This document shows, piece after piece, positions 1 to 16,716 of a stretch of DNA of 64,000 bases. Source of the stretch: Amoebidium appalachense (Eukaryota; Protista; Ichthyosporea). Where the stretch lies: the NCBI GenBank assembly GCA_963693365.1, contig CAVNZM010000013.1, positions 2,133,817-2,197,816 on the forward strand, given 5' to 3'. The translations under genes were made by a program, and so were the position numbers. The notes below the pieces were generated by a model that was not told the origin of the DNA, searched no databases, and worked only from the letters and a program-made list of their open reading frames with translations. Numbering within the stretch: the first letter of the stretch is position 1; each line of letters begins with the position of its first letter.

Positions 1-9
1 TTTTTGCCC

Positions 10-105
10 GAGGGTTGATTTGCAGGGCAACAGAGCAATATAGAGGGTTGATTGGCAGGGCAACAGGGCAATATAGAGGGTTGATTTGCAGGGCAACAGA
101 GCAAT
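10..105. repeat. 33-bp tandem repeat, ~3 copies
   Basis: Unit AGGGTTGATTTGCAGGGCAACAGAGCAATATAG repeated with minor variants. Confidence 0.85.
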
Positions 106-328
106 ACACCCCATGCATCACGCCCCCCATAGCTCAGCTAATACATGCACTCGGGACCAACCACACAGGGGGCTGCATTAGTGTATATTTACAGTAGCCT
201 TGTAATCGGGTGGGCGGTAGCCCATGCATATGACACTTGGTCTAATCCTGCAGGTTGCAGCCCTTCGACGTACGCGTACAACCGTAGGACCGACTTGCTA
301 CTGCAGAAGCAGCACATGCCCATGAGAG

Positions 329-367
<39 letters not shown>

Positions 368-368
368 A

Positions 369-446
<78 letters not shown>

Positions 447-1152
447 AGGAACCACACACTCGCACTTTTCAGATCTGCCGGGTTTGTTTGTTTACTTCGA
501 CTGACAGTGTGGGCTATGTTCAACAATGTACCTGGTCATCAAGTAAGTGCTGTATACCATGTACGCCGTACAGGACTGAATGCCTACCAGATTCTTCATA
601 CTGACTTTATTTTACGTCATTCCAAGACCTGCCCTCAATCCATGGGCCCATGCCCTCAATCCATGGGCCCATGCCCCCTTTCAACATGCAGGCCCCACGG
701 GCACGTTGGCCCACCCACCGGCCACCGGCTCCCTCCCATGACCAATCATTTGCTCACCGTGCCCTGCACAGCCATCCCCACTACTATCCACCATGCACAC
801 ACCCCATCATATCCTGGCAGGTGTTATCACTCCCCACACAAAAAAATAAATATCCATCCTCGCCTAGCCCCATATTGCCACTAACACCATACTCAAACAT
901 CCAGGCCAGGCACCATATTTCCACTCTCACAACCCGTAAATCATGGCCAGGCATTACATCCCAACTATCGACAAGTTTAAATTTCTGCCAATCATCAAAT
1001 TCCTGTAGCTACCCGTACATCCAGGCATCATATCTCTACTATGGCCAACCATATATCCCGACCAGTCATATCTCGACCGCATCCACTTGTATATCCCATC
1101 CCATCCAGTCATCTGGACCAGAGCCACTATGTCCCAGCCAGTCATATTTCGT

Positions 1153-1666
1153 CTACTTGTGTGCACTCTGGGCCCTATTTCTATTCTGCTGGGGCGGGGC
1201 CAGCTTTGGGCTCAGTGGTGGCCTGGGGCTCATATTGCCCTGCTCCTCCCACCTGCCGCCGCTATTTCCAGCCGCCCCAGCCCCCCAGGGCCTACTGGGG
1301 CTGGCCGGTGCCAGGGCAGGTGGCCGGTCAAAGAACCGCGGGCTGACAGGGCCCGGCCCGGGAGACCTTGGCCCGGGGGACCGTGGGCTGCTATCGTAGA
1401 TGCGTCGGGTGGCCGGGGACAGGGGGGAGGCCTGGGCCTGGGCCTGGGCCTGGGCACGGGCCTCGGGTCCCCGCCAGTCACGTGATGTGTCCCGTGGATC
1501 AGCAGTGCGCCAGTTGGGTGTCGTGCTGGCGGGTGACCTGGGTCCACTACGGGGGCTGTGTGTGTGGGGGGGGGGAGGGGGGGGGGGGGGGGGGGAGGGA
1601 GTTGTATGTGTGCATGCACACGTGTGTGGCGTATACTGCCCGTGATGGTTTGTTTGAAATGACACG

Positions 1667-1737
<71 letters not shown>

Positions 1738-2716
1738 TGAAAGGTGGCGGTTGAAGGGGAAAAAGGTGTATACGTGAGAAAGTGAGTAGTTCAATGGAGA
1801 AGGCGGTGGTGTGTGCATGGTGGAGGTTGAAGGCGAGAGCGACGGGGGTGTATCCATGGTGAACATTAGCGGAGCGCAGTGTGCGTGTGTGTGTGTGTGC
1901 ACGTGAATGATAGTGGGATGGGGTGCATGTGTGTGTGAGGGTGTGTGTGTAGGGAAAATGGTGGGGAGGGAGTCGATGTGTGGTAGTGGGTGACGACTGA
2001 ATGAACTGTGCGCTACGATGTATGCAGGCACTGTGTGCACTGGCTGTGCATGGGACATGCAGGTACTGTGTGCACTGGCTGTGCACGGGACATGCAGGTA
2101 CTGTGTGCACTGGCTGTGCATGGGACATGCAGGTACTGTGTGCACTGGCTGTGCATGGGACATGCAGGTACTGTGTGCACTGGCTGTGCGCGGGACATGC
2201 AGGTACTGTGTGCACTGGCTGTGCGCGGGACATGCAGGTACTGTGTGCACTGGCTGTGCGCGGGACATGCAGGTACTGTGTGCACTGGCTGTGCATGGGG
2301 CATGCAGGTACTGTGTGCATACACAGCACAACGTCAGACACTCTTAAGAACTTAACCCAGAGCACCCAATCAAAACACAAGACCGACACAGCGGGATAGT
2401 GTTGCACAGGCACCACACCCATGAGGATCACCAATGTGCAAATTAGCACAAGCACCCACCTTGCCGGTGGCCTATCCTGCCACACACGGTCGTCTCTGTT
2501 CTGCCCGGGGTTGGAGAATGCTCGGTGCCTGTTTCTGCCCCCGGGCACAGCGTCAGCAGTTCCCCCCCCCCCCCCCCCCCCCCCTCCCCCCGAAGGCCCT
2601 CGAAGAAAAAAACAAAAAAAGGGAAAAAAAGAAGAACACCCACACACACACACACACACACGTCCACACCCAAACCAAAGCAATGTCCATCAGTCCAGCT
2701 CCTGCACCTCCCTCGT

Positions 2717-2750
<34 letters not shown>

Positions 2751-4354
2751 AAGAGAAGCACACACTATCCCCCTTCGGTAAACCCCCCCCCCCCCCCCCC
2801 CCCTGTACCTGTCGTCATGCTGCATCTTTGGAGAGGGGCATGGGCTGTTCTGCTGGCTGCTGTTTCTGCTGCTGCCCTTCTTAGTCAGCGTGTGGTTGTT
2901 GTACTTGATCTTGCTGTCCTTGGGAAGGCGTAGCACCTCGCAGATGTGCTCCTTCTGCCCCGGATAGTGCGACGGGTGGCAGCCCCGGTCCGTCCAGATT
3001 GCTATCGTGTCGGCACGCCTGCACAACACACAAAGTCACTACCCCGCACACCCACCACCCATGCAGCGAACCTGCCCACACATACATACAGCCATGTACG
3101 TGCACACACACACAGCCATGCAGCCATGCACGTGCACACACAGCCCTGCACGTGCACACACACACACAGTTATGCATCCATGCACGTGCACACACAGCCA
3201 TGCATCCATGCACGTGCACACACACACAGCCACGCAGCCATGCACGTGCACACACAGCCATGCAGCCATGCACGTGCACACACAGCCATGCATCCATGCA
3301 CGTGCACACACACACAGCGCATCCATGCACGTGCACACACAGCCATGCAGCCATGCACGTGCACACACAGCCATGCATCCATGCACGTGCACACACACAC
3401 AGCCATGCATCCATGCACGTGCACACACACACAGCCATGCACGTGCACACACACACAGCCATGCAGCCATGCACGTGCACACACACACAGCCATGCACGT
3501 GCACACACACACAGCCATGCAGCCATGCACGTGCACACACAGCCATGCAGCCATGCACGTGCTCACACTTTTTGAGGGCCAGGACCACGCCCGTGACCTG
3601 GGACTTGAGGGCAAACTTCTCGCCCACGACGGCAATAAGACACTCGAGCCACAGGCGCTGCACCTCCAGACGGTCCTTGGGCAGGAACACAACATACTGG
3701 CCCCCTAGCACGTTGGCTGGGTCCTCTCTGGTGGGCGTGATGCCGGCACGGAACAGCTGCACCACAAGGTCAGTACAGGCGGGGGGGGGGGGGGGGGGGG
3801 GGGGGGGGGTGACAGGTAGAGCACAGAGGTGGCCAGCACTGCAACTGTATTTGCACACGGGCTAGGGTGTGGGCCAACACACCAAACAGGCAAGTACGGC
3901 CATGCAGTACAGGAATCATCATGACACCACGCAGAGTCAGGCCCACAAGCAAAAAATGCCGCCGAGTACATATACACCCACACACACGGCTTATACAAAA
4001 ACAGGCACACATGCACACGGGCACACACGGACTTGCCACATGCAAACAGTGGAAACACACATGCTAAGACATACACACCCACACCAACACCCACACCCAC
4101 ACAGACACCTCCTCCCCCCTACCCGTATGTTGCACTTCTCCGAGTGCTGGTGGATGTTTATCAGCTCGTCTGCATACGTCAGCAGCACCTCGCTGAAGCC
4201 GTGGCTGGTGCCAAACGTGCCTAGGTTGTGCAGCGAGTCAAGGAACGAGTTCTCGGACACCCCCTGTACTCCCAATTAGTGCCCCTCCAACCATACCTCA
4301 AAGCAGCATGGCCCACCAACAATACCCCAAGAATCTTAGCGCATCCCCCGACCC

Positions 4355-4385
<31 letters not shown>

Positions 4386-5859
4386 AAAAAAAAAAAAAGA
4401 AAAAGATGAGAAAACCACCAATTCCATGCCCCAGCGCCAACACAGGTATGCCCAGGGCGAACCGCCGAAACAGTGTGTGTACTGCTACCCATTTCCCCCC
4501 CTCCCCCTCCCCTCCCCCCTCCCCCCTCACACCCCAAACTCACCTTCTTGACATTCTTGTCGATCCAGAAGCACCATTCACCCAGCAGGGGCACATCGTC
4601 CGAGTGCTGGTGGTGCATGTTGCTCTCTGTGATCAGCTCCTCTATGCGGGCCTTCTCCGTCACCGTCATGGCCCGTCTCTCCCCCACATCGTCATCATCA
4701 TCATAGTCACTCAGCTCATAGTCGCTCAGGTCACTCTGCCCGCCGCCTGTTTCCAGGGACAGCAGGCGCTGCATGTTTGGTGTCTGTCTGGCGGGGGGGC
4801 TGGTCTTTGCGTCGGACCCCTGGTCCTCGGCCCCACTGAAGCTAATAACAACGGGGGACAGAGGGGGTGGGCGGTGCTTCTCATGCTCGGGTTTCTGAAG
4901 GGGGGGAGGGGAGGGGGGAGGGGGGGGGATGTTAGTCCAAGAGCTTGTCCAGAAAGCAGGGAGGTCAGAAAGAGTGTTTTTAGTAGGGTGGACGGGCGGT
5001 GAGGGGGGAGAGCGTGCAGGAGGGTGGAGAACGACGTGTAACAGACTACAGGCAGTCCTGAGCCTATGGCTTGGGGGGCTCACACTGGAGGGTCGATGTG
5101 TGGTTGAACTCAGTGTGTAGGTCGACTGCTACTGTTTGTGTTACCCTGCCTGTTGGGGTGTGCCTGTGCATGTCCCGAGGGCATTCAGCTCGTGTTAACT
5201 TCTCCGGCTGTGTGGCTGCCACCAGAACAGACAACTCGGACACTGTCAGGAAAGCTCAAAGAGTAGCAGAGCAGGGTCAGAAGCGAAAGCTGCCACTAAA
5301 AAGGGGTGCAGCTGTGGTTGAAGATGCCCCCTTTAAGTACTCATCACTGCATTATACCTCAGGCATTAAGGTGATGGAACACCGATTGACAGCCACCACA
5401 CGAGAGAGCCTTCATATGCTATACCTGGGCATATTGGCGTGGCTGCATCTCGACGTATGCCTGTGACAAAACCTCTGTGCCAACATTACCCGTATGCCTG
5501 TTGCCCCGCTTAGATAGGTGCCCGTACAGGCGCCTGTGTGCCTGTGTGTGTGTGTGCCTGTGTGTGTGCCCGCCATCATGTCCGTGCATGTCTCTGTGGG
5601 TGTGTCTGAGTGTTTGGGTGCTTCAATACAAAAGGTGTGCGTGCGTGGGTATTTGGTTGTTTCGGGCGCCTGCGTGTACACTTGTGGGTGTGCACGTATC
5701 CGTGTGTGCGTTTGTGCGTGTGTGTGCGTGTGCGTGTGCGTGCGTGTGTGCGTTCACCTTGTCTGTCAGGCCTGTCTGCTGAAGGCTCTGCTGCAGCCCT
5801 TCCACTTCGTCGGTGGGTGCGGCTCTTTGCCCGCGCGGGGACCTGGGCGCGTCAGCCAT
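1153..5859 (-). CDS. Divergent eIF4E-family (cap-binding fold) protein, multi-exon, with long low-complexity Ser-Pro-rich N- and C-terminal extensions
   Basis: Spliced peptides DVPLLGEWCFWIDK (~4544-4600) | GVSENSFLDSLHNLGTFGTSHGFSEV (~4124-4264) | LFRAGITPTREDPANVLGGQY...RLWLECLIAVVGEKF...VTGVVLA (~3570-3757) | RADTIAIWT...IKYNNH (~2809-3018) follow the eIF4E motif order (PL..W.FW, F.T...F, P.wED..N..GG, W...L...GE.F, G.V, I..W). GT-AG boundaries keep the frame. The start (MADAPRSP, 5859) and last exon (stop 1153) are less certain. Confidence 0.8.
2025..2320. repeat. 35-bp intronic minisatellite, ~8 copies
   Basis: Unit GCACTGGCTGTGCATGGGACATGCAGGTACTGTGT. Confidence 0.9.
3075..3562. repeat. 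Intronic compound minisatellite (CAGCCATGCACGTGCACACA variants)
   Basis: Direct reading of repeated units. Confidence 0.85.
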
Positions 5860-6381
5860 GCTGATAGGGACACAGTGCCTGCAAGGGGGCAGGCTGGGTG
5901 TGTGTGTGTGTGGCTACAAAGGGGTGTGTGCGCTAATATGTTTTTTTTCTAGCTCTACGAACAAAAACAGTAGTCTTGAGATCTGGAGGGCGATTTTGCC
6001 CTGCAGCTGTTTTTCTGAAGCACAGTCTACACAGTGTATACCCGGCTTAAAAGTGCGATCGGTGTGATTCCGCTTTATCAGTGACGTCATTCTCCTTGCA
6101 GTCTTGCTTCCGCCACCTGAGCACACAGTCTGGCAGGTCAGTCAGTACTGTGCGTGGCACTAAATATGATCCCCAGCTATATATGCCATGCACACGTACC
6201 AGCTAGGCGGACGCATGAGAAGCACACTTACGACTAGGCGTATGCAGGCAGGCACACAGACACAGGCAGGCACACATACTACACGTGGGCAAACAGGCAC
6301 ACGCAGAGCCACAGGCACACAGACAGGCACAGGCAACAGAAAGGCACACAGAGAGAGACATACACAGACACAGCAGGCAGG

Positions 6382-9292
<2,911 letters not shown>

Positions 9293-9308
9293 CAACATGC
9301 ATCTATTT

Positions 9309-11423
9309 TTAGTCCGAGTCCTCCGAGTCCGTGGCCACCTCGGGCTGGTCTGGCACCAATACCGCCTTGGCCCTCTTCTGTTGCTTGGCCGGGGCTATGG
9401 GGGGCCACATTGCCTGCAGTGCGTTCCTGTGCTGGGGCTGCACCCACAGGCTGTATGGGGCCAGCAGGAAGGTTGGCTGCTGGGCCCACCTAGCCACTAG
9501 GGCCTGCCTGGATGCTATGCCTGCCTCAGCTAGGGGGGCTAGGAGGGCCACTATCTTCTCCTGGGCCGTGGCCTTACGTAAGAGGGCAGGGGCACTGACC
9601 AGGTGCGGCACCAAGCAGGAGAGGGCTGGGCACACCTGCAGGGTATCCTTGTAAATACAGGCACACACACCATTTGGATCATCTAATGGTCTCATGCTGA
9701 TGAGGTTGGCCGTGCCATAGACCGACACACACACAGCCAGCCCCATGGCCACACGCATATAGACGCCCACCCCTACCATCTCTATGCATTGCCCCCGCCA
9801 CACTCACACTCCTCGAAGTCGGTGTTCTATACCGGCCCTGCATGCATATACCACACTGACAGGATCAACACCCACACCAACCTGCCACCGTACCCACCAA
9901 GCACACCGGCATGCATGTATATCACACAGGCACACCGGCATGCATGTATATCACACAGGCACACCGGCATGCATGTATATCACACAGGCACACCGGCATG
10001 CATGTATATCACACAGGCACACCGGCATGCATGTATATCACACAGGCACACCCGCATGCATGTATATCACACAGGCACACCCGCATGCATGTATATCACA
10101 CAGGCACACCCGCATGCATGTATATCACACAGGCACACCCGCATGCATGTACACACCCACACACCCACACACCTTGCCCTCGAGCAAGGCCATAGCAAAG
10201 TACTTGTATCTGTCTGCGTTGTCTGCCGGGTACTCTCTGCGCACCACCGGCAGAGGCCACGCCACCCGCCGCCCATATGTGCCTGCAAATCACTGTCAGT
10301 GCCAGCCACACACAGAGACCGCCTAGTGCACTATGCGCCCATAGAGGTCCCATGCCTGCCTGCGCTTACACGATGAGGCATGCATGGCGTGTGTGAGGGT
10401 GTGTGTGTCACGTGCCTGTGTGCATGCGCAAGTGAAGCTGCCTGCTGGAGTGCTCGTGCGCATCCATGTGTGTGCCCGGGTGCTTCACCTGAGCACGTGT
10501 ATGCCTGCCTGCCTGCCTGCGTGTGTGTCTGTGCCTGCATGCCTGTGCCTACATGCCTGCATGCATGTGTCTGTGTGCCTGCATGCATATGTGTGTGTGT
10601 GCCCGCATGCATGTGTGTCTGTGTGCCCGCATGCATGTGTGTCTGTGTGCCTGCATGCATCTGTGTGTCTGTGTGCCTGCATGCATCTGTGCCTGTGTGC
10701 CTGCAGGCATATGTGCCTGTGTGCCTGCATGCATATGTGTGTGTGTGCCTGCATGCATGTGTGTCTGTGTGCCTGCATGCATCTGTGTGTCTGTGTGCCT
10801 GCATGCATCTGTGCCTGTGTGCCCGCATGCATGTGTGCCTGTGTGCCCGCATGCATGTGTGCCTGTGTGCCTGCATGCATGTGTGTCTGTGTGCCTGCAT
10901 GCATGTGTCTCCATGTGTGCCTGTATGCCTGTGCGTAGCTGTGTACACGTACTCGCCATGGAGCACATGACACTATCTGCCTCCTGGTCGTAGCAGGGTG
11001 CCGGGTTGTCGACTGGCTGGCCGAACGTACAGAGGGCAGGGGCCATGACTGGCAGCCACTCTGCCTTGATGCCCGTCACCCCCTTCATGAGGGGCCTAAG
11101 GCCCAGCGCTATCTCCGTGTACACAACTAGCTCGGGCAGCCTGCATGCACACAGTCAGCAAACTATAATAACAGTCACCATGTACAGCTGGGGGAAGAAA
11201 AAAATGCATATATATCCCCCCCCCCCCCCCCCCCCCCCCGTCGCCGCCTTCCCCCTCTCCCCCCTCCCCTTGGCCCCCCCTAAAGATGGGTTATGCGTAC
11301 ATATAATGCACAACTACACAGATTCTGATGTTGCATACTTGAATGTTTGCGTTTGTCCTGCACCGTGTTTCTGATCATGTAGTCGTACTTTGCACCGTGT
11401 TCTGCATTCGAAAACCTCCCCCC

Positions 11424-11454
<31 letters not shown>

Positions 11455-12695
11455 AACACACACACACACGCAGCCACCACCACCACCACATACATCCACC
11501 TACCCTCCCACCCACCCACGTACGTGCTAGCCAGGCATGACTGGGGGTGGATGTAGACCAGCCCATCGACGGCCTCACACTCGTATGCCCCCCTCCGTGC
11601 CCTCAACTCCTCATCCGTGCCCCCCTTGAGCGTTACTCGTCTGGCCACCTGCCCCCCATAACCTGCAAGCACCACCTGCCACAGGGCCTGCGTTTGCATG
11701 GGTTTAGTTGCTGCACTGCATGGGCCATTGTTGGATATGGCCACCCATGATACGGCACACAACACATGATGACCACTTAGCCTGCATGTCACAGCACCCA
11801 ACACACCACAGGCCAGGCACGTAACACACATGTCCCACATATCTCATGTCGCAGCAGATAGCTCCTGTCGTAGTACAATACAACCACATACCACACGCAC
11901 AGCATGTGACAGCACGTAACACACCACATGGCATGTACATTACACCATGCCCCGCACAAGCAGTCCCACCCACCCAACCCAGCCAGGGCGCACCTTCTGT
12001 GTGCTAGGCCCAGGGGGCTTCATGTTCTGATCGAGTGAGCACTGGCTATCTGGATACACAGCACTGGCCACCATGCCCAGCTGCCTCCTTAGCTTGCGCA
12101 CCTCGACCATGCTCTTGTAGCGCAGATGATTGGCTGTGCAGAATTCCTCTGTGCCCCCCGCATACTCAAAGGCACCCACGGCCTTCAGCAGCACTAGAAG
12201 GTCACTGCGGGGCTGTGACCCAACCCACCTGCAATGGTGGCAGGGTTAGTGTGTGCCCACACATATACGTGCATGCACTGTGTGGCTGTGTTTAATCCCA
12301 TTTCTCATAAATCAAGATTTATACGCAATGTCTTGCGTTACTTTATCCTCATCAATTACACATGCATGCAAGCAGTGTTTGTCTATCCCTCACATGCACT
12401 CACACACAATCAAAGGCTCTCCCTTTCCGTCTCCCCCATCCCTCCACTTCACAACCTCTATAAATTCGTCTCCCCTTCCCCCACCACCAGTGCCACCACC
12501 ACCCCACCACCATCCTCCCCCCCACACACCGTGACCATCCCCCCCCCCCCCCCCCCCCCCCCACACACACACATACACACCAACCCTCCAAATCCCCCCC
12601 CCCCCTCCCCCCCCCCCCAAACACACACACACACGAAACCGCCACCCCACTACTTGCACTACCCCACCCCCCCCACACACACACAATCACCAGCC

Positions 12696-12736
<41 letters not shown>

Positions 12737-12746
12737 CCTCCCCCCC

Positions 12747-12777
<31 letters not shown>

Positions 12778-13802
12778 AACCACTCACTTCTGCATTGCGG
12801 CCCTCACAGCCCTCGCCCTCTCCTTCATCATCGTGCCCTCCTCCTCCTCCTCCTCCCCCCCGCTGTCCCCCCTCTGTGCATCGTCAAACAGTGTGCCGAC
12901 AGTCAGGGCGGCGGCCAGTGCCACTGCATAGTGCAGACAGCCCAGTTGATGTGCCTCCACTAGCATGCGGCTGTAGCGGGGACTGACGGGGAACTTGGCC
13001 ATCGTGCGACCAAGGGGGGTGATGTGCCCTGCAGGGGGGGTGTCAGTGTCGGTCAGGGCGGTGCATGCGCAGCGCGTACATGCTTGTGTGCCTCCACGGC
13101 TGTGGATGTGTGTCCCTATGTGTGCCTAATCGCCTGCACCTGTGTGTGCTCTGTGTGTGTGTGCCGCCGTGCCTGCATAGTTGTGTCGGTGTATGCTGTG
13201 TGCCCCTGCATGGCTGTGCCTGCATGGCGGTGCCTGTGTGTGCCTGCATGGCTGTGCCTGTGTGTGCCTGCATGGCTGTGCCTGTGTGTGCCTGCATGGC
13301 TGTGCCTGTGTGTGCCTGCATGGCGGTGCCTGTGTATGCCTGCATGGCTGTGTGTGTGCCTGCATGCCCATGCACCCACCCTTGTCATCCACTGCCCCCA
13401 GTGCCTTCAACAGTTCATCTGCATCTCTCAGGGCCGTGCTGTCTGGGGGCGTAGGGAAGGGGAAGTTGACGACATTGTCTATGCCCATGGCCTTCATCTG
13501 CAGCACTAGGCCCTCGATCGGTAGCCGCAGCACCTGTGCACACAGTCATGACCCTGCCACCATGCCCAGCACCACACACCCTGCTGCACCACATCTTCCC
13601 TGCCCCATCCACCCTCTTCCACCCTGCCCACATCTTCAGGCCCACTAGTGTCTTCCCCAAAAGTGTTGCCAACCCACCTCCGTTTTCGTATCAGCCACAA
13701 ATCAGCCACAAATCAGCCACAAACCAGCCACAAACCAGCCACAAATCGTTTAGCCATCACCCCGCCTCTCCCCCCACTGCACACACCCAGTCATTGCTTC
13801 CT

Positions 13803-13833
<31 letters not shown>

Positions 13834-14091
13834 GAAAACACACCTCGTCATCGCCCTCCCCTCCCCACCCGGTTATCAACCACCTAAACACACACCCAAC
13901 TTTCACCTCCTCCCTACCCATCTGTCCCCCCCTTCTTCCCCCCATCGTCATCTCCTCCAACCCTCATTTTTTCGCCTGTCCTTTGAGTCCCCCCCAAAAT
14001 ATTCATCCCTCAACCTCCAACCATCACACGCCCATTCTACCAGTAGGGTACCGAGGGCTGGGCCGAGCCTCAACTACCCCCTCCCCCCCCC

Positions 14092-14122
<31 letters not shown>

Positions 14123-16716
14123 GCGCACCTCAGGGTCCGCAAACTTCTCCATGTAGTTTGCAAACACAGCCGACGAGTAGAGCCTGTAGCAGTGGCCAGG
14201 CCCCGTACGGCCAGCCCTCCCTGCTCTCTGGTCAGCCGATGCCTGGCTGACCCACTCGATCTCGAACCTGCTCAGACAGGCCTTAGTGTCGTGGTGCTTT
14301 GCCTTGACCTTGCCTGTGTCGATCACATAGCGGATGTCGGGGATGGTGAGCGATGTCTCCGCCACGTTTGTAGCCACCACGCACAGCCGTGTGCCCGGGG
14401 GTGGGGGTGCAAACACCCGCATCTGCAGGTTCTGGGGCAGCAGGGAGTACAGGGGGAGCACGTGCAGGGGGGTGCTGTCCGTGTCCCCCCCCAAGGCTGC
14501 ACCCCCCTCCTCCCCCTCGTCCTCCGACAGCACCCCCTCCCCCTCCATCTCCTCTGCCTGTGCCTCCGCCTCCTCCACGTCCCACACCTGCTCCCCCTCC
14601 CCCTCGTGCCCTTCTGTGGGCCGTGTTGGGTAGCGCCCCAGGTCCACCTCTGGCTGTTGCTCACCCCCCTGCGCCCTGCGGGGGAAGCGGCGACGCAGGC
14701 GGCGGCACAGCCACGACACCTCCTGCTGGCTGGTCACAAACACGAGGATGCCCCCTGGGGGCAGGCGCTGGTGCACCTTGCATGTCTTGCGGTAGGCCTC
14801 GTTGAGATAGTCGTTGTGGGGGGTGTGCTTGTTAAAGTGGATCGTCACGGGGTGCTGCCTGGACGCCACCTGCAGCACGGGTGGGGGGGTGGGGAACAAG
14901 CGGGTGTTGCTGGTAAAGTCCTCGACCCTCAGCGTGGCCGACATGATGACAAGGCGCAGGGGACCCACGGTGGGGTTGGGCTCACGGGCCATCTGGTTGC
15001 GCATGGGCACCAGGCGGGACAGCATGCCGATGAGGATGTCCGTGTTGAGGCTGCGCTCATGTGCCTCGTCGATGATGATGGCCGAGTATTTGCGCAAAAG
15101 AAAGTCTCGTTCCAGCTCCTTGAGTAGTACACCGTCGGTCATGTACTTAATGCGTGTGCGCCCAGTCACCGTGCCTGCATATCTGATCTGGTACGACACA
15201 AGGCCCGGGTCGCCCAACTCCTCGCCCACCCTCTTGCTCATGCTGATAGCGGCCACCCTCCTTGGCTCAGTGATTGCTATGGCACCAGGGAACTGGCCCT
15301 TGCCGCTAGCAAACCCTGCCTCGTAGAGGAACTGAGGCAGCTGTGTGGTCTTGCCGCTGCCCGTCTCACCGCACAGCAGCACTATCTCCTGTGCCCTAAC
15401 GGCCTCCATGATGGCCTGCTCCTCCCCCAGTATGGGCAGCGCCAGTCTTGCAGCCTGCACCTCTGGGCTGCGCTTGACCGTCACATACACCGCTGCCTCC
15501 TTGGCTGCTGCCTTGGCCGTGCTGGGTGCTGGGGCAGGCTTAGGTGGCAGGGGGGTGGCCTTGGGTGGCTGCTGTTGGGCCTGTTTGGTGGGGGGCTGCC
15601 TGGGGGGCTGCATGGCCGGGACTGGTGGTGGGGCTGGGGCCTTGGTGGCCTCCTCCTCACTCCCACTCTCAATGTCACTGCCTGTCCGTGGGGTAGCTGT
15701 GGGCCCACGTGCAGACACAGGCACGGCGCCACCCCCTCTCCTTCATGGCCCCCAGGGCAAAGGCCAGGAACCCGCTGGCCCGTGCCTTGCCCGTGTCTGC
15801 CTGCCCCTCACTAGTGTCCAGCCGAGGCTTCTTCTTGGGCCGCTTGGCCGGTGCCTGTGCCTCGTCTTGGTCCTTGTCTGCCTGTGTCTGCACAGGCCTC
15901 AGCAGTCTGCTGTCCTCACTGACAGGCAGGCCCACCCTCGTGGCCAGCAGGTCACTGTGCAGTTGCTGTTTGGCCGTGGTACGCTGGGTGCCCAGCTGCG
16001 CCGTAGACAGCAGGTACTGCGCCTGCGAGGGCGGCAGCGCCACCTTCTGCAGATCGGCAAGCAGGCTGGCCCGCGCAGCATTCTTCTCCTTGCGCTCTAG
16101 TACCTGCCCAGTTGCTGTCAGCACATACAAAGAGTCATGGGCAGGCTGCAGTATCACACAGCTGACAGCAGCAAATGTTTACCGAGATTTAGGGTCCACA
16201 TCAGTGGCTTGTGAGCAACCCTGTCCTGTCACTTGCCAAACAACAGGTGATAAATCGAACGAGCTCGAACAACACATGCTTCTCGTTGCCAGTCACTCAA
16301 AGCAGGCAGAATCAATAGGCCCTACCGGCAGAAAACGAAGCACAGGTGGAGCAAGGGACCTTCATTTTTTCCTGTTGCATGCTAATGCAAACACATCGAA
16401 AGGTGCAGGTTCTTGTTGTTACACACAGACCACGGCTCACCCCCCCCCCCTATCGAATAACAACAACAGAGGCACACAGTGCGCACGTGCATACTCGAGG
16501 CCCCGCACACCCACGCACCTTCTCGAGGCGTTTCTTCTGGCGGGCCGTGAGGGACCTCTCCTTGGCCACGGGCTCCTTCTTAATCTCCTTCTTCTCCTTG
16601 TCTGCCGGCAGCACGTCCAACTGTGGTTTTGCGTAAAAAGCTTCGCCCTGCTCCTTCTGCTTGGGGGGTGCCTCCCCCCCCGCCTGCTGGCGCTTCAGCC
16701 GCCTGGCCTTGCCCAT
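9309..16716 (-). CDS. DHX37: DEAH-box RNA helicase DHX37/Dhr1 (small-subunit ribosome biogenesis), multi-exon
   Basis: Motifs [60 protein letters not shown] and [21 protein letters not shown]2 segment [15 protein letters not shown]-terminal [12 protein letters not shown] and C-terminal W...P.FLL..Y..W......WPP resemble DHX37. Confidence 0.93.
9901..10150. repeat. 29-bp intronic minisatellite, ~8 copies
   Basis: Unit GCACACCGGCATGCATGTATATCACACAG. Confidence 0.9.

Noticed and set aside
189-330. Possible minus-strand exon (SKSVLRLYAYVEGLQPAGLDQ) of a gene running off the window
   Set aside because: It has a splice-like context but is too short to assign or support.
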